Shown here in pieces: positions 47,640 to 62,085 of a DNA stretch of 64,000 nt. The translations under genes and the position numbers were made by a program. The notes beneath the pieces are model-generated. The model saw only the letters and a list, made by a program, of their open reading frames with translations, was not told the DNA's origin and searched no databases. Position 1 is the stretch's first letter, and each line of letters begins with the position of its first letter. The stretch lies in NCBI RefSeq assembly GCF_009914755.1, contig NC_060936.1, one strand, 5' to 3'. Origin of the DNA: the human T2T-CHM13v2.0 reference genome, Homo sapiens.

Positions 47640-48094
47640 AAGTGATTCTCAACCTTGGCTGCACATCACGAATTGCCTAGGGAACTTTTAGCCTATTGAG
47701 ACCTAAGTCTTATCAGACACTCTGATTGTTTTCTTTTTTTTTTTTTAATTGAAAAGTAAACTTTACTGTTGAAAATGCCAACTTGGGGAGGGTAGAAAAA
47801 TCACACACAAGGCTGCCACTTCACACCTGGAGGGTTGCACGGTGGCCGGGCAGAGGTGCTCCTCACTTCCCAGACAGTGGGGCGGCCAGGCAGAGGCGCT
47901 CCTTACTTCCCTATGGCGCAGTGGCCGGGCAGAGGTGTTCCTCGCTTCTCAGACAGTGGGGCGGCCGGGCAGAGGCACTCCTCGTTTCCCATATGGAGAC
48001 ACTTTGATTTTAATTGGTCAAAGACAGAGCCCAGGATCCTTTTTGTAAAGCTCTTCAGGTGATTCTAATGTGCAGTTAAGATTGAGGACCTCTG
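47640..48094. mobile_element. MER5-type MITE interrupted by the SVA2-like element
   Basis: agtgattctcaaccttggctgcacatca...[insert]...gattttaattggtc...aagctcttcaggtgattctaatgtgcagttaagattgaggacctctg. Confidence 0.75.
47728..47996 (-). mobile_element. SVA2-type VNTR retroposon (5'-truncated): 4 VNTR units, unique 3' segment, poly(A); no SINE-R
   Basis: Poly(T), about 95 nt of unique sequence, then four ~39-40 nt GC-rich units gyggccrggcagaggyrytcctyrytt typical of the SVA VNTR. TSD agacact(c/t)tgatt at 47715-47727 and 47997-48009. TT/AAAA endonuclease site on the minus strand. Confidence 0.85.
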
Positions 48095-48124
48095 GTTTAA
48101 TGCACAGCATTCTGTTCTTGATGG

Positions 48125-48235
48125 GCGTTGGTTCTGTCACCCAGTTCCAGACAAACTGCTGTGTGACCTTGGGCATCGACTTAGACTCTCTGTGTTTCAG
48201 TTTCCTCATCTGTCCAGTGAGGTATTAATTAACAG
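48125..48235 (+). mobile_element. MIR 5' half; the 3' half appears to resume at about 51015-51090
   Basis: ctgctgtgtgaccttgggcatcgacttagactctctgtgtttcagtttcctcatctgt; later gggttggtgtgagaatta...ggcacatagtaaacactcaataaatgtca. Confidence 0.75.
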
Positions 48236-48237
48236 CA

Positions 48238-50450
48238 TAAAAATGCCTCAAAGATATGGCAAGTTCACTTTCAGACCACTGCAGTAGAGCAAATATCACA
48301 ACAGAGTCACACAAGTGTTTTGATTTCCTGGTGTTTTGATTTTATGTTTATGGTATAAACATAAAACATGTTTATACCATACAGTCATCTATTAAGTGTT
48401 CAATAAACATGATGTTTAAGAAAACAATATACATACCTTAAATAAAAAACATTTTATTACTAAAAAATGCTAACGGTCATCTGAGCTTTCAGATAGTAGT
48501 AATCTTTTTTTGCTGGTAAAGCATCTTGGCTCACATTAATAGCTGCTGACCCATCAGGGTGATATTTGCTGAAGGCTGGGCTGGCTGTGGCAGTTTCTTC
48601 AAATAAGACAACAATGAAGTTTGCTGCATGGATTAATTCTTCCTTTCACAAAAGATTTCTCTGTAGCATGCAATGCTGTTTGATAGCATTTTACCAACAG
48701 TAGAACTTCATTTAATATTTGAGTCAGTCCTCTTAAACTGCTCCACTGCTTTGTCAAATAAATTTATGTTATATTCTAAGTCCTTTGTTATCATATCAGC
48801 AGTGTTTACAGCATCTTCCCCGGGAACAGATTTCATGTTAAGAAACCACTTTATTTGCTCATCCATCAGAAGCAACTCCTCATCCATTCAAGTTTTTTCC
48901 TGGGCTTATAATAATTCAATTACATCTTCAGGGTCCAGTTCTAATTCTAATTCTCTTGTTCTTTTTACCATTTCTGCAGTTCCTCCTCCACTGAAATTTT
49001 GACCCCTCGAAGTCATCCATGAGGGTTGGAATTAACTTCTTCCTAACTCTTGTTAAGGTTGATATTTTGACCTCTTCCCATGAATCATGAATGTTGTGAA
49101 TGGCATCTGGAATGGTGAATCCTTTCCAGAAGGTTTTACTTTGCCCAGATCCATCAGAGGAATCACTATCTGTAGTAGCTATAGCCTTAAAAATGTATTT
49201 CTTAAGTAATAACACTTGAAATTTGAAATTGCTCTTCGATCCATGGCTGCAGAATGGATATTGTGTTACAGAAAGGTAAACAACGTTAATTTCCTTGTGC
49301 ATCTTCATTGGAGCTCTTGGGTGGCCAGGTGCATTGTCAGTGAGCTGTAATATTTTGAAAGGAATCTTTTTATCTGAGCAGTAGGTCTGAACAGTGCACT
49401 TAAAATATTCAGTAGGCCATAGTGTAAACAGATGTGCTGTCACCACCAGACTTTGTTATTCCATTTATAGAGCACAAGAGGAGATTTAGTGTAATTTGTA
49501 AGGGCCCTAGGAGTTTTGGAATAATCAGTGAGCACTGGCATCAACTTAAGGTCACCAGTTGCATTAGCCCCTCACAAGACACACAGTCTGTCCTTGAAGC
49601 TTTGAAGCCAGGCAGTGACTTCTCTCTGGCTATGAAAGTCCTAGATGGAGTCTCCTTCCAATAGAAGGCTATTTCATTTACACAGAAAATTTGTTTAGTA
49701 CAGCCATATCCATCAATGATCTTAGCTAGATCTTCAAGATAACTTGCTGCAGCTTCTGTACCAGCACTAGTAGCCTCACCTGGCATTTTTATATTATAGA
49801 GATGAACCTTTCTTTAAATTCCATGAACAAACCTCTGCTAGCTTCAGACTTTTCTTCTGTAGCTTTCTTATCTTTTAGCCTTCATAGAATTAAAGAGAGT
49901 TAGGGGCTTGTTCTTGATTAAGCTTTGGCTTAAGGGAATTTTCCAGCTGGTTTGATCTTCTGTCCAGACAATTACATCTTTTTTTTGTATCAGCAATAAG
50001 GCTGTTTCACTTCCTTATCATTTGTGTGTTCACTGGAGTTTCCTTTGCATTTACAACTTTGCTAACTATTTGATACAGGACACAGAGCTTTTGGCCTGTC
50101 TTGCCTTTTGATAGGCCTTCCTCACTGAGCCTAATTATTTCCAGCTTTTCTTTTATAACGAGAGATGTGCAACTCTTCTTTTTACTTGAACACTTAGAGA
50201 CCAAAAGAGGATTATTAATTGGCCTAATTTCAATATTGTTGTGTCTCTAGGAATGGGGAGGCCCGAGGAGAAGGAGAAAGATGGAGTAACAGCCAGTCTA
50301 TTGAGCAGTCAGAGCACACACAACATTTATGGAATATATTTACTCTGTTATATGGGCATCCCAAAGGAATTCCAGTAATAACATCAAAGATCACTGACCA
50401 CAGATCATCAGAACAGATATAGTAATAATAAAAGCATTTGAAATGGCAAG
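48238..50450 (-). mobile_element. Tigger1 (pogo-family) DNA transposon fossil, about 2.2 kb, with disrupted transposase
   Basis: ORF pieces: 50007..50204 (SCTSL..KEKLEIIRLSEEG, HTH), 49541..49786 ([13 protein letters not shown], first catalytic D read as N), 48928..49446 (KILQLTDNAPGHP). Tigger1-like terminal sequence at the left end. Confidence 0.92.
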
Positions 50451-50455
50451 ACTTC

Positions 50456-50873
50456 TCTTCCGGGTTGAGCAGGTATATACACACCTGTGCCCAAAAGTCA
50501 AGGGAGCTGAGGGGCTGAAGAAAGAGGCTGATGAGTCCAGTTTCTCAGAAAGAAATATTTATTAGGGACTTAGAAGCAGTATCTCAGGCATCCATGAGAT
50601 ATAGGATGCATGAATCCACCCTCCAGAAAATACCTTTTTAGTTAGCAAATATTTAGGGCAAAGGCTTGTGCAGCTGGTCATATCTCATACTTCCTTGCCA
50701 AAATCATGACCACGGGGGAAACTAAATAAGCACCTTTATAAACTATGCTACCAGCATTGTTTAAAGACCTTGCTGCAGAACACTTTGGTTTGTAGGAGTC
50801 AAATATCGGTCATCATGGTGGTTTCACTTCAAGATGGCATCACCCTTGCCAGGCAATAGGCTGTTTTCCTACA
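50456..50873 (-). mobile_element. Solo LTR (ERVL-type 5-bp TSD; LTR47-like, name tentative)
   Basis: Perfect 5-bp TSD ACTTC (50451-50455 / 50874-50878). Minus strand begins TGtaggaaaacagcc...gatgccatcttgaag. Minus-strand AATAAA at 50558-50563. Confidence 0.75.
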
Positions 50874-51492
50874 ACTTCCTAACTTATGCTTTTTTGGAGC
50901 ATCCGTTCGTTTGTACTATTTTATAAAACTCTAAAATGTTTGCTTTTATTCTGCTATAGCAAGCTAAGTGTTATTTTACACAAATTAACTTGATTTCTTC
51001 ATTATATCCATTGCATGGGGTTGGTGTGAGAATTATTCAAGAAAACTGAACGGCACATAGTAAACACTCAATAAATGTCACTATAATTATTGCATTTATT
51101 AGCTTTATGCTACTATGGCTATTATTAGTTTTATGGTGTTTCAGGTGTTAACTAATTCACACACATTTTTATATTTTTTATGCACCTTTACACAAACTAA
51201 GTAGTCACCAGGGTACCATAAGTACCCCGAAACTAAACCAAACAAATAGTAATAGGCTGCTCTTAAGCCAGCATGAGGCCTAGGTAGGGAGTGTAAGAAC
51301 AAAAACATAAGCCATGTACTAATTTTTAGAATATTTATAGTCTCATGGAGAGAATTTCAGTTTGAAGCATTGGACAGTGGTGAGCAACAGGAGATTCTCA
51401 AAGCTCCAAATGTGGATCTCGCATAAGCCATGCCCTTTTTGTAGACAATGCTGACTCAGGGTCTTCAGTCATGTACATTGGCTTGATAATAG

Positions 51493-51530
51493 CAAAAAAA
51501 ACAAAAAACAAAAAACAAAAAAAAAAAAAC
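51493..51530. repeat. (CAAAAAA)n A-rich repeat
   Basis: caaaaaaaacaaaaaacaaaaaacaaaaaaaaaaaaac. Confidence 0.85.
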
Positions 51531-53769
51531 TATTTTAATCTCATTTTTGTCCTTCTTCACGTGCTCTTTGTACTCCTTATATTTTGCAGAATTCAGTGCA
51601 TATATCCTATAATTGCATTTTGCAGGAGCTTATGGGCTCCAACTTGAGTCGTTACAGCAGATAGAAAAGGCAAGTGTCTTCCAGTTCCCACATTTAACAT
51701 TTTTTCTGTCTTTATTTTCACACCAAATCCTTAATAATGAGGTCAGAAAGGGTATGGACAGTCATAATATTCCATGAGATTGTTAACTGTAGTTTGGATG
51801 TTTTAAGTGTGGCATTAACATATCTAATTTTCAGAAGCTTTAGAAAGGGAAGATTAGATGTAGATATACTTTCCTAGATTTAGTTTGTGTCTTGAAGACA
51901 TTACATAAATCCATGTGCTGAGTGAAGGAGAAAAGAAAGAAACCAATTACAGTTAGAGAAATCAAATGAAATATAATCACCACAGTACTCTATTTTAACA
52001 TCATATCCTGCTAAGAGTGTCACATTCATGCCCTTTAGAGAGAAAACTCATTTGCTGTAATTTAATATTGAAGGTTCTGTTTCCATTGTTATGCATTGAG
52101 AGTCATGCAGCTGACATATCACAAGTCTTTGCATAAAGTTAACCTTTTTGGTTAACATGATTTTCTATGATCAGCTCTTTCTCCTGAATTCCGAGAGTTT
52201 ATGAATGGCACCATATCTGTCCAGACACTGAAGCAAGATACTTAAAAGCAGCCCTAAGTCCTTCATTTTGCTAGGCACTCTACCTCTCATTTCTCAAATC
52301 TGTCTTCCCCCTCCTCATCTTTGCTGCATTGCCTTTGTATTGGCCCTTTCCATGCTCCTACCATTGCACAGTTGCCTGCTTCCTTCTTAGATCCATTTCC
52401 TGGATTGCTGCACAGTGATATTTCTAAAGTGTAATTCTAGCTACATCACTCTCCCGAATTAAGTTCACACTTGTCAGATTCCTCTTACACCAGCACTCCA
52501 GACATTGAACTGTTCATAAATCAACAAATACATCCAGCCATATCAGGCATAAACGAGATAGCCCGGGGCCTTAACATACTGTGACTGTCAATTTCACATT
52601 GCTTTCAATATATAAATTTCAGTAGCTGAACATTACCACTTACATAATTTTAGGGTATCCATAAAAAATAGCTGTATGTTCTACTTAAGTGTCTGGGTGG
52701 TTTGTTAATCACTGCAACCAGCCTTCCTCTGTCTAAACGTGCTTTGTTCTAAAGCCCAGCACATCATACTTTGCCCTCACTTCATGCTGTTCTCCTCCTG
52801 TGCTTTGCCCCCAAATCCCCTTCTTTAACTCCCTTTTGCACAGGTGACAGTAGTCTTTGGCATTGAACTAAACATTTTAAGATGGTGAAGCATAACCAAA
52901 GATGATTTCGAAGAAGAAAAAAACTTACCCAAGATATTATCACCATTTTGTCAAATTTTACTCTATAAATAAATATTTATTTCATTTATTTGTTTTTTCC
53001 CCAAACTACTGTTATAACAGTGCTGCAGAAAGTCTCCTTTTGCATATTTCCTTACATATTTTTTTACTTCTCTAAGATAAATTTCCAAAATTATGATTGG
53101 GGAGTCAAAGATGAACATTTTAAAATCTTAATAGTTGCTATACTGCCAGATTATTTTCCAAAAAGCATAGCAGTTCACATTCTCACTGGCACAATTGCTG
53201 AATTTGAATAATGTCCATTTTTTATGTTATTATTGACCTGAAGAATTAAAGTTGCTATCTTACTGTTTCAAGTTACATCTTTTTGGCTACTACTGTGGTA
53301 ATAACAGGTATTTTCATTTATGTATGTATTATCATTTGTCATTTTCTGTGAGACTTGATTTTCATATCTTTTGCACATTTTTTAGTGAGTTTTGTTACTG
53401 TATTAAGATCTCTGTCTTTTCTACTATGGCATTTGTGTTACCTGTCTTGTTTGAGAAGGCCTCCCTCACACTGAGATTTTGTTAAGTTAGATTTTTAATT
53501 CATATGGAATTTATTCTTTTATGGTTTCCAGATGGAGTCCATATTGAGATTGTGTTACAGCTATTAAGAAGCACTCACCCTTCTTTTAAGCTTTCATCTG
53601 GAAATAGATATGTGATTAGTGAAAATGCAAGTTGTAGATTTATCCCTGTAGTTAAACACAATTGGCATATGTGCACAAAGAGGAAGGGGGTGAGAGAGTA
53701 AGTACCAATGTGTACATATCATTTTTCAGGGGAAGGGAGAAATGGAAACTATTAACATTCTTCTGAAAC

Positions 53770-54265
53770 AACAAATAGTTGTGTGCTTCTTCTCACTGGG
53801 TATCCCTAACTGGCCTCTTACTCTCTTCCTGGCCTCCAGGATGCCATTGTGTTAGAGAGATAATCCTGCCTTCTCCCAAAAGGTGTGCTTTTGCAGTGTT
53901 CCTCCCACACAAAGGCTAGGCCCAGCAGCTCCCAGCCTCACATAGAGCTTAAAGATCTCCTCCTACCATGTTGGCATCCTGCCCCCCTTAGAGCATTGGC
54001 CTCTTCTGCATGATCACAGCTGATTGCAAGCATGTCTGTCCCAGTGTGTTGGAAAACAAAAGAAAGGAAGTTCAGGGTAAGAGTTTCCTTTTATGGAAGG
54101 TACACATATCCATTCAGGTCACGTTTCATTGGTGAGAATATAATTATGCCCCTGAATCTAGCCTCAAGAGACACTAGGAAATATTGCATCTAGCTGGCAG
54201 CCATGTACCCAGAAAGAAAAGGAAACCAGATTGTATTGGGGAACCAATCAGCAGTCTCCACCATA
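53770..54265 (-). mobile_element. Old MLT1-type LTR fragment
   Basis: cagcagctcccagcctcacat...tcacgtttcattggtgagaat...ctagcctcaagagacactaggaaatattg...gccatgtacccag...accaatcagcagtctccacca. Confidence 0.6.
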
Positions 54266-55429
54266 TTATCTATATTATTCTCATTATTTACTCTTACCTT
54301 TCTAAATACAAGTTTCTGTGTATAATAGGTTGTTTTGCGTAGTTCAATCAAATAGAAATACCATCTATGTTCTTGCTGTTTCCATGACTAAAAGGGAATG
54401 TTTTATCATTTGTCTCTTATCAGGCACCCCTCTAGCAAATAGTGTCAAGTTAGATTTACCACAGCTGTAAAGAGACACATGCAAATTATTGGGTGTCCTT
54501 TGTCTTGAGAAATAAACCAGCGGCAAAGCTGAACAAAAGCAGGAAGGATTCTTCCCTCTGTGGTTAAGCAAATAGGTATTTGAAAGCGGTCTTGAAATTT
54601 ACTGGTGGTAAAGTAGCCACATGTTTGAAACGTGTGTTCAGTATTTAAATATCACTGTGTGTCAAAGGGCTCGCTCTCCAATAGTTTTTCTCTGAAAGAT
54701 CCCCACATTCTCCCTTGCAGGATATGCAAATAATTCTATGACCCATTCAGGACATTACTCTGTGTGTGTGTGCATGCACATGTATGTGCATGCACACATT
54801 CACATGTTTCCCTATCAACGTCTCTCCTCCCTTAGAAGCATGTGGACTAGTCTACGACATAAAGAATAATGAAACACTAGAAAAGAAAATTCTTTCACAC
54901 ATAAGATGCACAGCAATATTTCTTGTCACCAAGTCTATAAAGTAGTATTTAAAAATTACATTTTTACATGTTCTGCCCTTGTCTGAACTTGACCAAAAAA
55001 GAAAAAAGAACAAAGTGAGGGAGAAAAAGGTAAAACACAACCCTCCAGATGTTTCTAGACTTTTCCGTTTCTTTTGTGCCCAAAAGCTGAAACTGCTGGT
55101 TTCAGTGATTGAAACAGCACTGTGAATGAATTTCCCAAATGTGTTGTACAAAATAGGCAATAAAAGGCACTAATTCTTATTTCACACGTTTTTCTGTGTG
55201 TTAAGTAAGTTGTCAGCTTATTGTTGGGTTTGTTTCTGGGAGAGTCTAGAGCAATACCTGGTATGGTAATCCCCTGCTGAATCTGTACAGGGGAAGCTTT
55301 CCTTGTGGGCTCTTCTCTTGAACAGCACAGGAAGTAAATTAAGGTCTAGGAAATGAAGAGAGCTAATAAGCTACCTAAATCCAACAGTAGAGAGAAGAGA
55401 ACAGAACTGTCTTATGTTTCAAAGATGAA

Positions 55430-57290
<1,861 letters not shown>

Positions 57291-58081
57291 TTGAGTGAGT
57301 GAAAGAATGAATTAATAAACTGTAGCTTTACCAGTTTATCACAGTGAGTTACCTAATGATAACATGTTTCTGAGCCTTACTAGATCACTGTAATGAACAA
57401 ACTGATTTATATTTAGTAACTTCCATTTGCATGTAAGCCATCTATTATAAAGTAGTTGGCCCTGTAATTAGGTTAAATATGCCTCCAAGGCCTCCAGGAA
57501 ACCCTCTTCACAATATTAATTTGCTTAACAAGATCTTTTATCTTCAGCATTAGAAATGGAAGTTTAAGCTCAGATGAGGAAGACTGCTTCTAGATCTGAA
57601 GTCAGAACTTGTAGTTTCTTACTATTATAAAAATTTCACATTGTGAGCATGTATGTGAATAGGAGAAACTCCTTGCAAATGTAAAAGATTTACCCTTTTG
57701 AACCAATGCAAACAGATTACTTGAATTCAATTCACTTTACAGGCACTTCACAGATTATTCAAATATGCCTTCTACATATCTGGCAGAGTGTATAGTTTGT
57801 TTATAATTTCTAGAGCCACAGTTTGAAATATGTTTTCTGCCACATTCAGGAAGTTTGCCATAATCATACACCAAAATATATGTGGTATTATCAGTGTGAG
57901 AAATATGAAGCTACCAGTGAATGGCAGCACGTAGGGTCTCCTTCATTCACTGAAGTCCTTCACTTGGCCTTTAGGCCCTGCATGATCTGGTCTTAGCTGA
58001 TCTTTGCCATCACATCTCACATTTCTGTTTGCTTTATTCTGTTATCACTCATCAGTGTGGTTTTCTATCCATCTTGGACAT

Positions 58082-58444
58082 TGTATTCGTGTGATTTCAT
58101 GCTGCTTATAAAGACATACCTGAGACAGGGTAATTTATAAAGAAAAGGAGCTTTAATGGACAGTTAATTTGGACAGTTCCACATGGCTGGGGAGGCTTCA
58201 CAATCATGGCAGAAGGCAAAAGGCACATCTTACATGGTGGCAGACAAGAGAGAAATGAGAGATCATGTGCAAGGGAACTCCTCTTTATAAAACCATCAGA
58301 TCTCATGAGACCTATTCACTATCACTAGAACAGCAGGAGAAAGACTCAGTTACCTCCCACCAGGACCCCTCCCACAACACAAGGGAATTATGGGAGCTAA
58401 AATTCCAGATGAGATTTGGGTGGGGATACAGCCAAACCATATCA
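58082..58444 (-). mobile_element. THE1 (THE1B/C-like) MaLR solo LTR
   Basis: tgtatt...aaagacatacctgagac...gatgagatttgggtggggatacagccaaaccatatca. 5-bp TSD gacat/aacat. Flanked by L2-like sequence. Confidence 0.92.
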
Positions 58445-59167
58445 AACATGCCATGCTTAGTTCCAACTCAGGACTTTGAACCTTTACCTCTGCCTTCCTC
58501 ACCTATTAGTTTCTACTCATTCATCTGATCTCAACAATTATTTTCTAGGGAAGTCTTCCCTCAATTCTAGTTGCACCCTACACTTTGCCTTACATTCATA
58601 GTTCTTATCATAATTAATCTTTATATATTTGTATGATTATTTGATTATTCGTTACTCTCAGAAGAGCTTAATGAGGGTAGGGTCCATGTTTTTCTATTTC
58701 AGCATTACATACTTTACATGTGGTCCAGTGTCTGTCCATGGTAAGTGCTGAATAAATACTTGTTGAGTGATTATGTGAAGCTAGATGATCTGCCTGAAAC
58801 TAACTAACACACAACTAACAAGTGGCAGAACTAGGGTCTCAATTCAGGCTGCTTTTCATCTAGAGATCAAGGAGAGATGGGTTTTAGTTTGCATCTGTGT
58901 CCTGAAAAGGATATAATGAAGTTATTTGCAAGTAATCATTAAGGGAAAATTGTTCTTCTCAAACATATGCACACACACAAAAGCACACACTCACACATGC
59001 AAACACAAATGAAAGCTGAACTTATAAGTCACAAATCAGTCATAGTTCAACTGTACCTAATTTATTTAACTCTTTGCTCCCGGCTTTATTTTTCCCTTGG
59101 GCTCACAACTGCTTCCTAGCTATTTGCACATTGTTGTACCATGGGCCACTTCAAACACACCATGTAT

Positions 59168-59845
59168 TCTTTCATTTAACAAATATTTATTGAATACCTG
59201 TTCACTGTCAACACTGCCCTAGGTGTTAGGAATGAGCAGTAAAAAAGTAAGTACAGTCCCTTCTATTTATTAAAAAGGATTTTTATTCTGAGGGTAGAGA
59301 GACAAAAAATATAAAATATAATCAAATGATGCATGCTATATTTATAAGACATAAGAAAATAAAACGTAAAGAGGGAGGCATACTTTACAATGTATAATCA
59401 CTCTTTAGCTCCTCTAAATGACGAGATTTAATCTGGAACAGGAAAAGATTCAGCCATGCAAATATATGCGCATGCACAGGAAGAACAGCGTGTATAAAGG
59501 CCTAAAGAGAAGATGGAAAGAAGCCTGGAGCAGACAGAATGCCAGTGTTGGAAGTAGCATATGAGAGAGAGAGGGAGGTGCAGGAGCTGAGGCTGGAGAG
59601 ATTGGCAGTGGTAGATGGGATTCACTTTGGATTTTATTTTAAGTGCAGAGGGAAGCCTCTTAGATAATATGAGCATGAGAGTAAAATGCTTTAATTTACA
59701 ATTTACAAAGATGTCGAGGGCTACTCTATGGAGAATGGATTTGTGGGACAAACTGGAAGCAGGGAAGCAGAGACAGTTAATGGGCTGTTGGAGTAGCTCA
59801 TGCTGCAGAGGGGATGGTTTGGTCCTACCCACAGATGGGAAGAAA
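59168..59845 (-). mobile_element. L2 fragment
   Basis: ttcatttaacaaatatttattgaatacct...cagccatgcaaatat...tggattttattttaagtgcagagggaagcct...ggctactctatggagaatggatt. Confidence 0.75.
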
Positions 59846-61590
59846 TGGACATATTCAGAATAACTGACTCCAGCCTATCATCCCAGCACATCTCTGCCTT
59901 GTGAGCTCTTCATGTTAGTTATTACATTTACTTTTTCCTCCAGCAGCTATGCTAGTAATCTATTACTTTCAGCTTTTTTTCTCTTCCTTCACTGTCAATC
60001 AGCAGTTCATCAAATTCTATCAGATAAACAAAACAAAATGGCCTGTAACAATGTTTCCTCTTCATCTCTCTTTTCACTGCTTTAGCTAAGGGTTTCATAA
60101 ATCCTTGAGTGAAATTTTGTAAGAGATCCCTAACTGCTCTCTTTGCCTCAAGTCTCCAGTCCTTCAAATCTATTCTTCAGTCCTGTCACAAAAGCTGTAT
60201 CTTTCCAAAACACATGTTTTGTCAAATTCCTGTTAAAAATACCCTTTGACATAGCATTGCTAACAATTCTTTTCACGCTTTTTTGTGTGCCAGAAACAAA
60301 GTCATGTTTCTAACACAAGTTTTATCGGAAACCAGATATGTAGATGAGCTCTTAAGCAAGCTCGAGCAAGGGGGACCCGACCCCCACCTTCATGCCCATA
60401 CACTGCAACTCTCATTACATCCTGACGTCCCAGCATCTCTTGCCATCCATGCTGAGTGCAACATGCTCTGATTTCATGCATTTTACCCTTCTATTCCTTT
60501 GAAATTCTCCTCCTGCCCATATGTTCTGCTGTTCTCCCTGGCCCCATGAATCTGTCCTTGAAAATCGATATTAAATACCATCTCTGTGTACTTCTGTTTT
60601 TCTAATGGCAAAGAAAATATAAACAACTGAATATCCACTGAGGAGACTCTTTTTAAGATAAATTTGGATATATCATAGCCTTTTAATGAAATACTAGGCT
60701 GCATGAGAGAGAAAGAGATATCCATTTCTATTGCTGGGAAATAATGCTTTTTCTTCATAATCATCAGACTTTCTGAATGCCAATATTCTATAAAGATTCA
60801 ATATTTTTCAGAGTTTTCTGCTTTTCAAATGAATGAAATATAAGGTAATCTCCTTTTTCAGCTATTTCCTAGGGAGCTCCTAACTTCTTGATTAAAAGCC
60901 TAATTTCCTTCATGCACAGTAGGTGTTACTCTTTGGCATTTAGGGTAAAGATTTATACCAGTAATGAAAATTTACAAACTCAATAGAAACAACCCATAGG
61001 CAAACAAATGAGTAACGTTTAATTTTTTTGTATAATAAAATTCTTACTGCGCACAACATCTTCTCTGTCTCCTCACTTTGCATTTTAAATGTACACTTGT
61101 GATTTAGAGCCAAAGTTTAAGCATATGCTGTTTTGAATCTTCCGTGCTATTATTAATATATTTTACTTTTTCTTAGAGTTTAAATTTTTCCAGGATTAGG
61201 AAGGAAATTTTAGTGTATAAGCCAGATTTCAGTTTCGTGCTTAAGAAATATGTTTGTATATGTGTTACATGCAAGGATGTTTATGTCTCCTGAGATGCCT
61301 CCTGAGAAGAAGCCAAATTAAGAGATTCTCTAAGGCCTATTCTTGTTCTTCATCACTTGAAAAAAATCACAAAACAGAACTTATGTTTTACCCTTTTTTT
61401 TTTAACGTTGCTTTTCTTCCAATTTTGGGTAACCTTACCCTTGCAAATAATGTATTCTCACTCTTGATCTAGTTTTATTCCAGTAAAGAAGTGCCATCTG
61501 GAAGTTTGCACATTACTACTGAATTATTATAGCTTTTATTTTGATAATATGCTATAAAATAATATCTTACATCTCTGTAAAGTTGTATAA

Positions 61591-61950
<360 letters not shown>

Positions 61951-62026
61951 TAAGCTTTTTCTGTACCTCCTCTATTACTTATTCCCCATAATACCCAATA
62001 AGGGAGGTTGGGCCACTATTTTCACA

Positions 62027-62085
62027 GTTTGTTATTTGTTTGTTTGTGTTTTTTTTGTTTTTTGTTTTTTGTTTGTTTGTCTTTT
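62027..62085. repeat. (TTTG)n-rich simple repeat within a MIR relic
   Basis: gtttgttatttgtttgtttgtgttttttttgttttttgtttttgtttgtttgtcttttt, followed by antisense MIR ttccaaagtcacagagg. Confidence 0.75.

Noticed and set aside
47842-47996. Regularly spaced ~40-nt repeats resembling a CRISPR array
   Set aside because: Tandem VNTR units without unique spacers, in a primate retroposon; no cas genes.
48928-50204. Tigger transposase ORFs as a domesticated TIGD-like gene
   Set aside because: Split over several frames with deletions and a substituted catalytic Asp; consistent with neutral decay.
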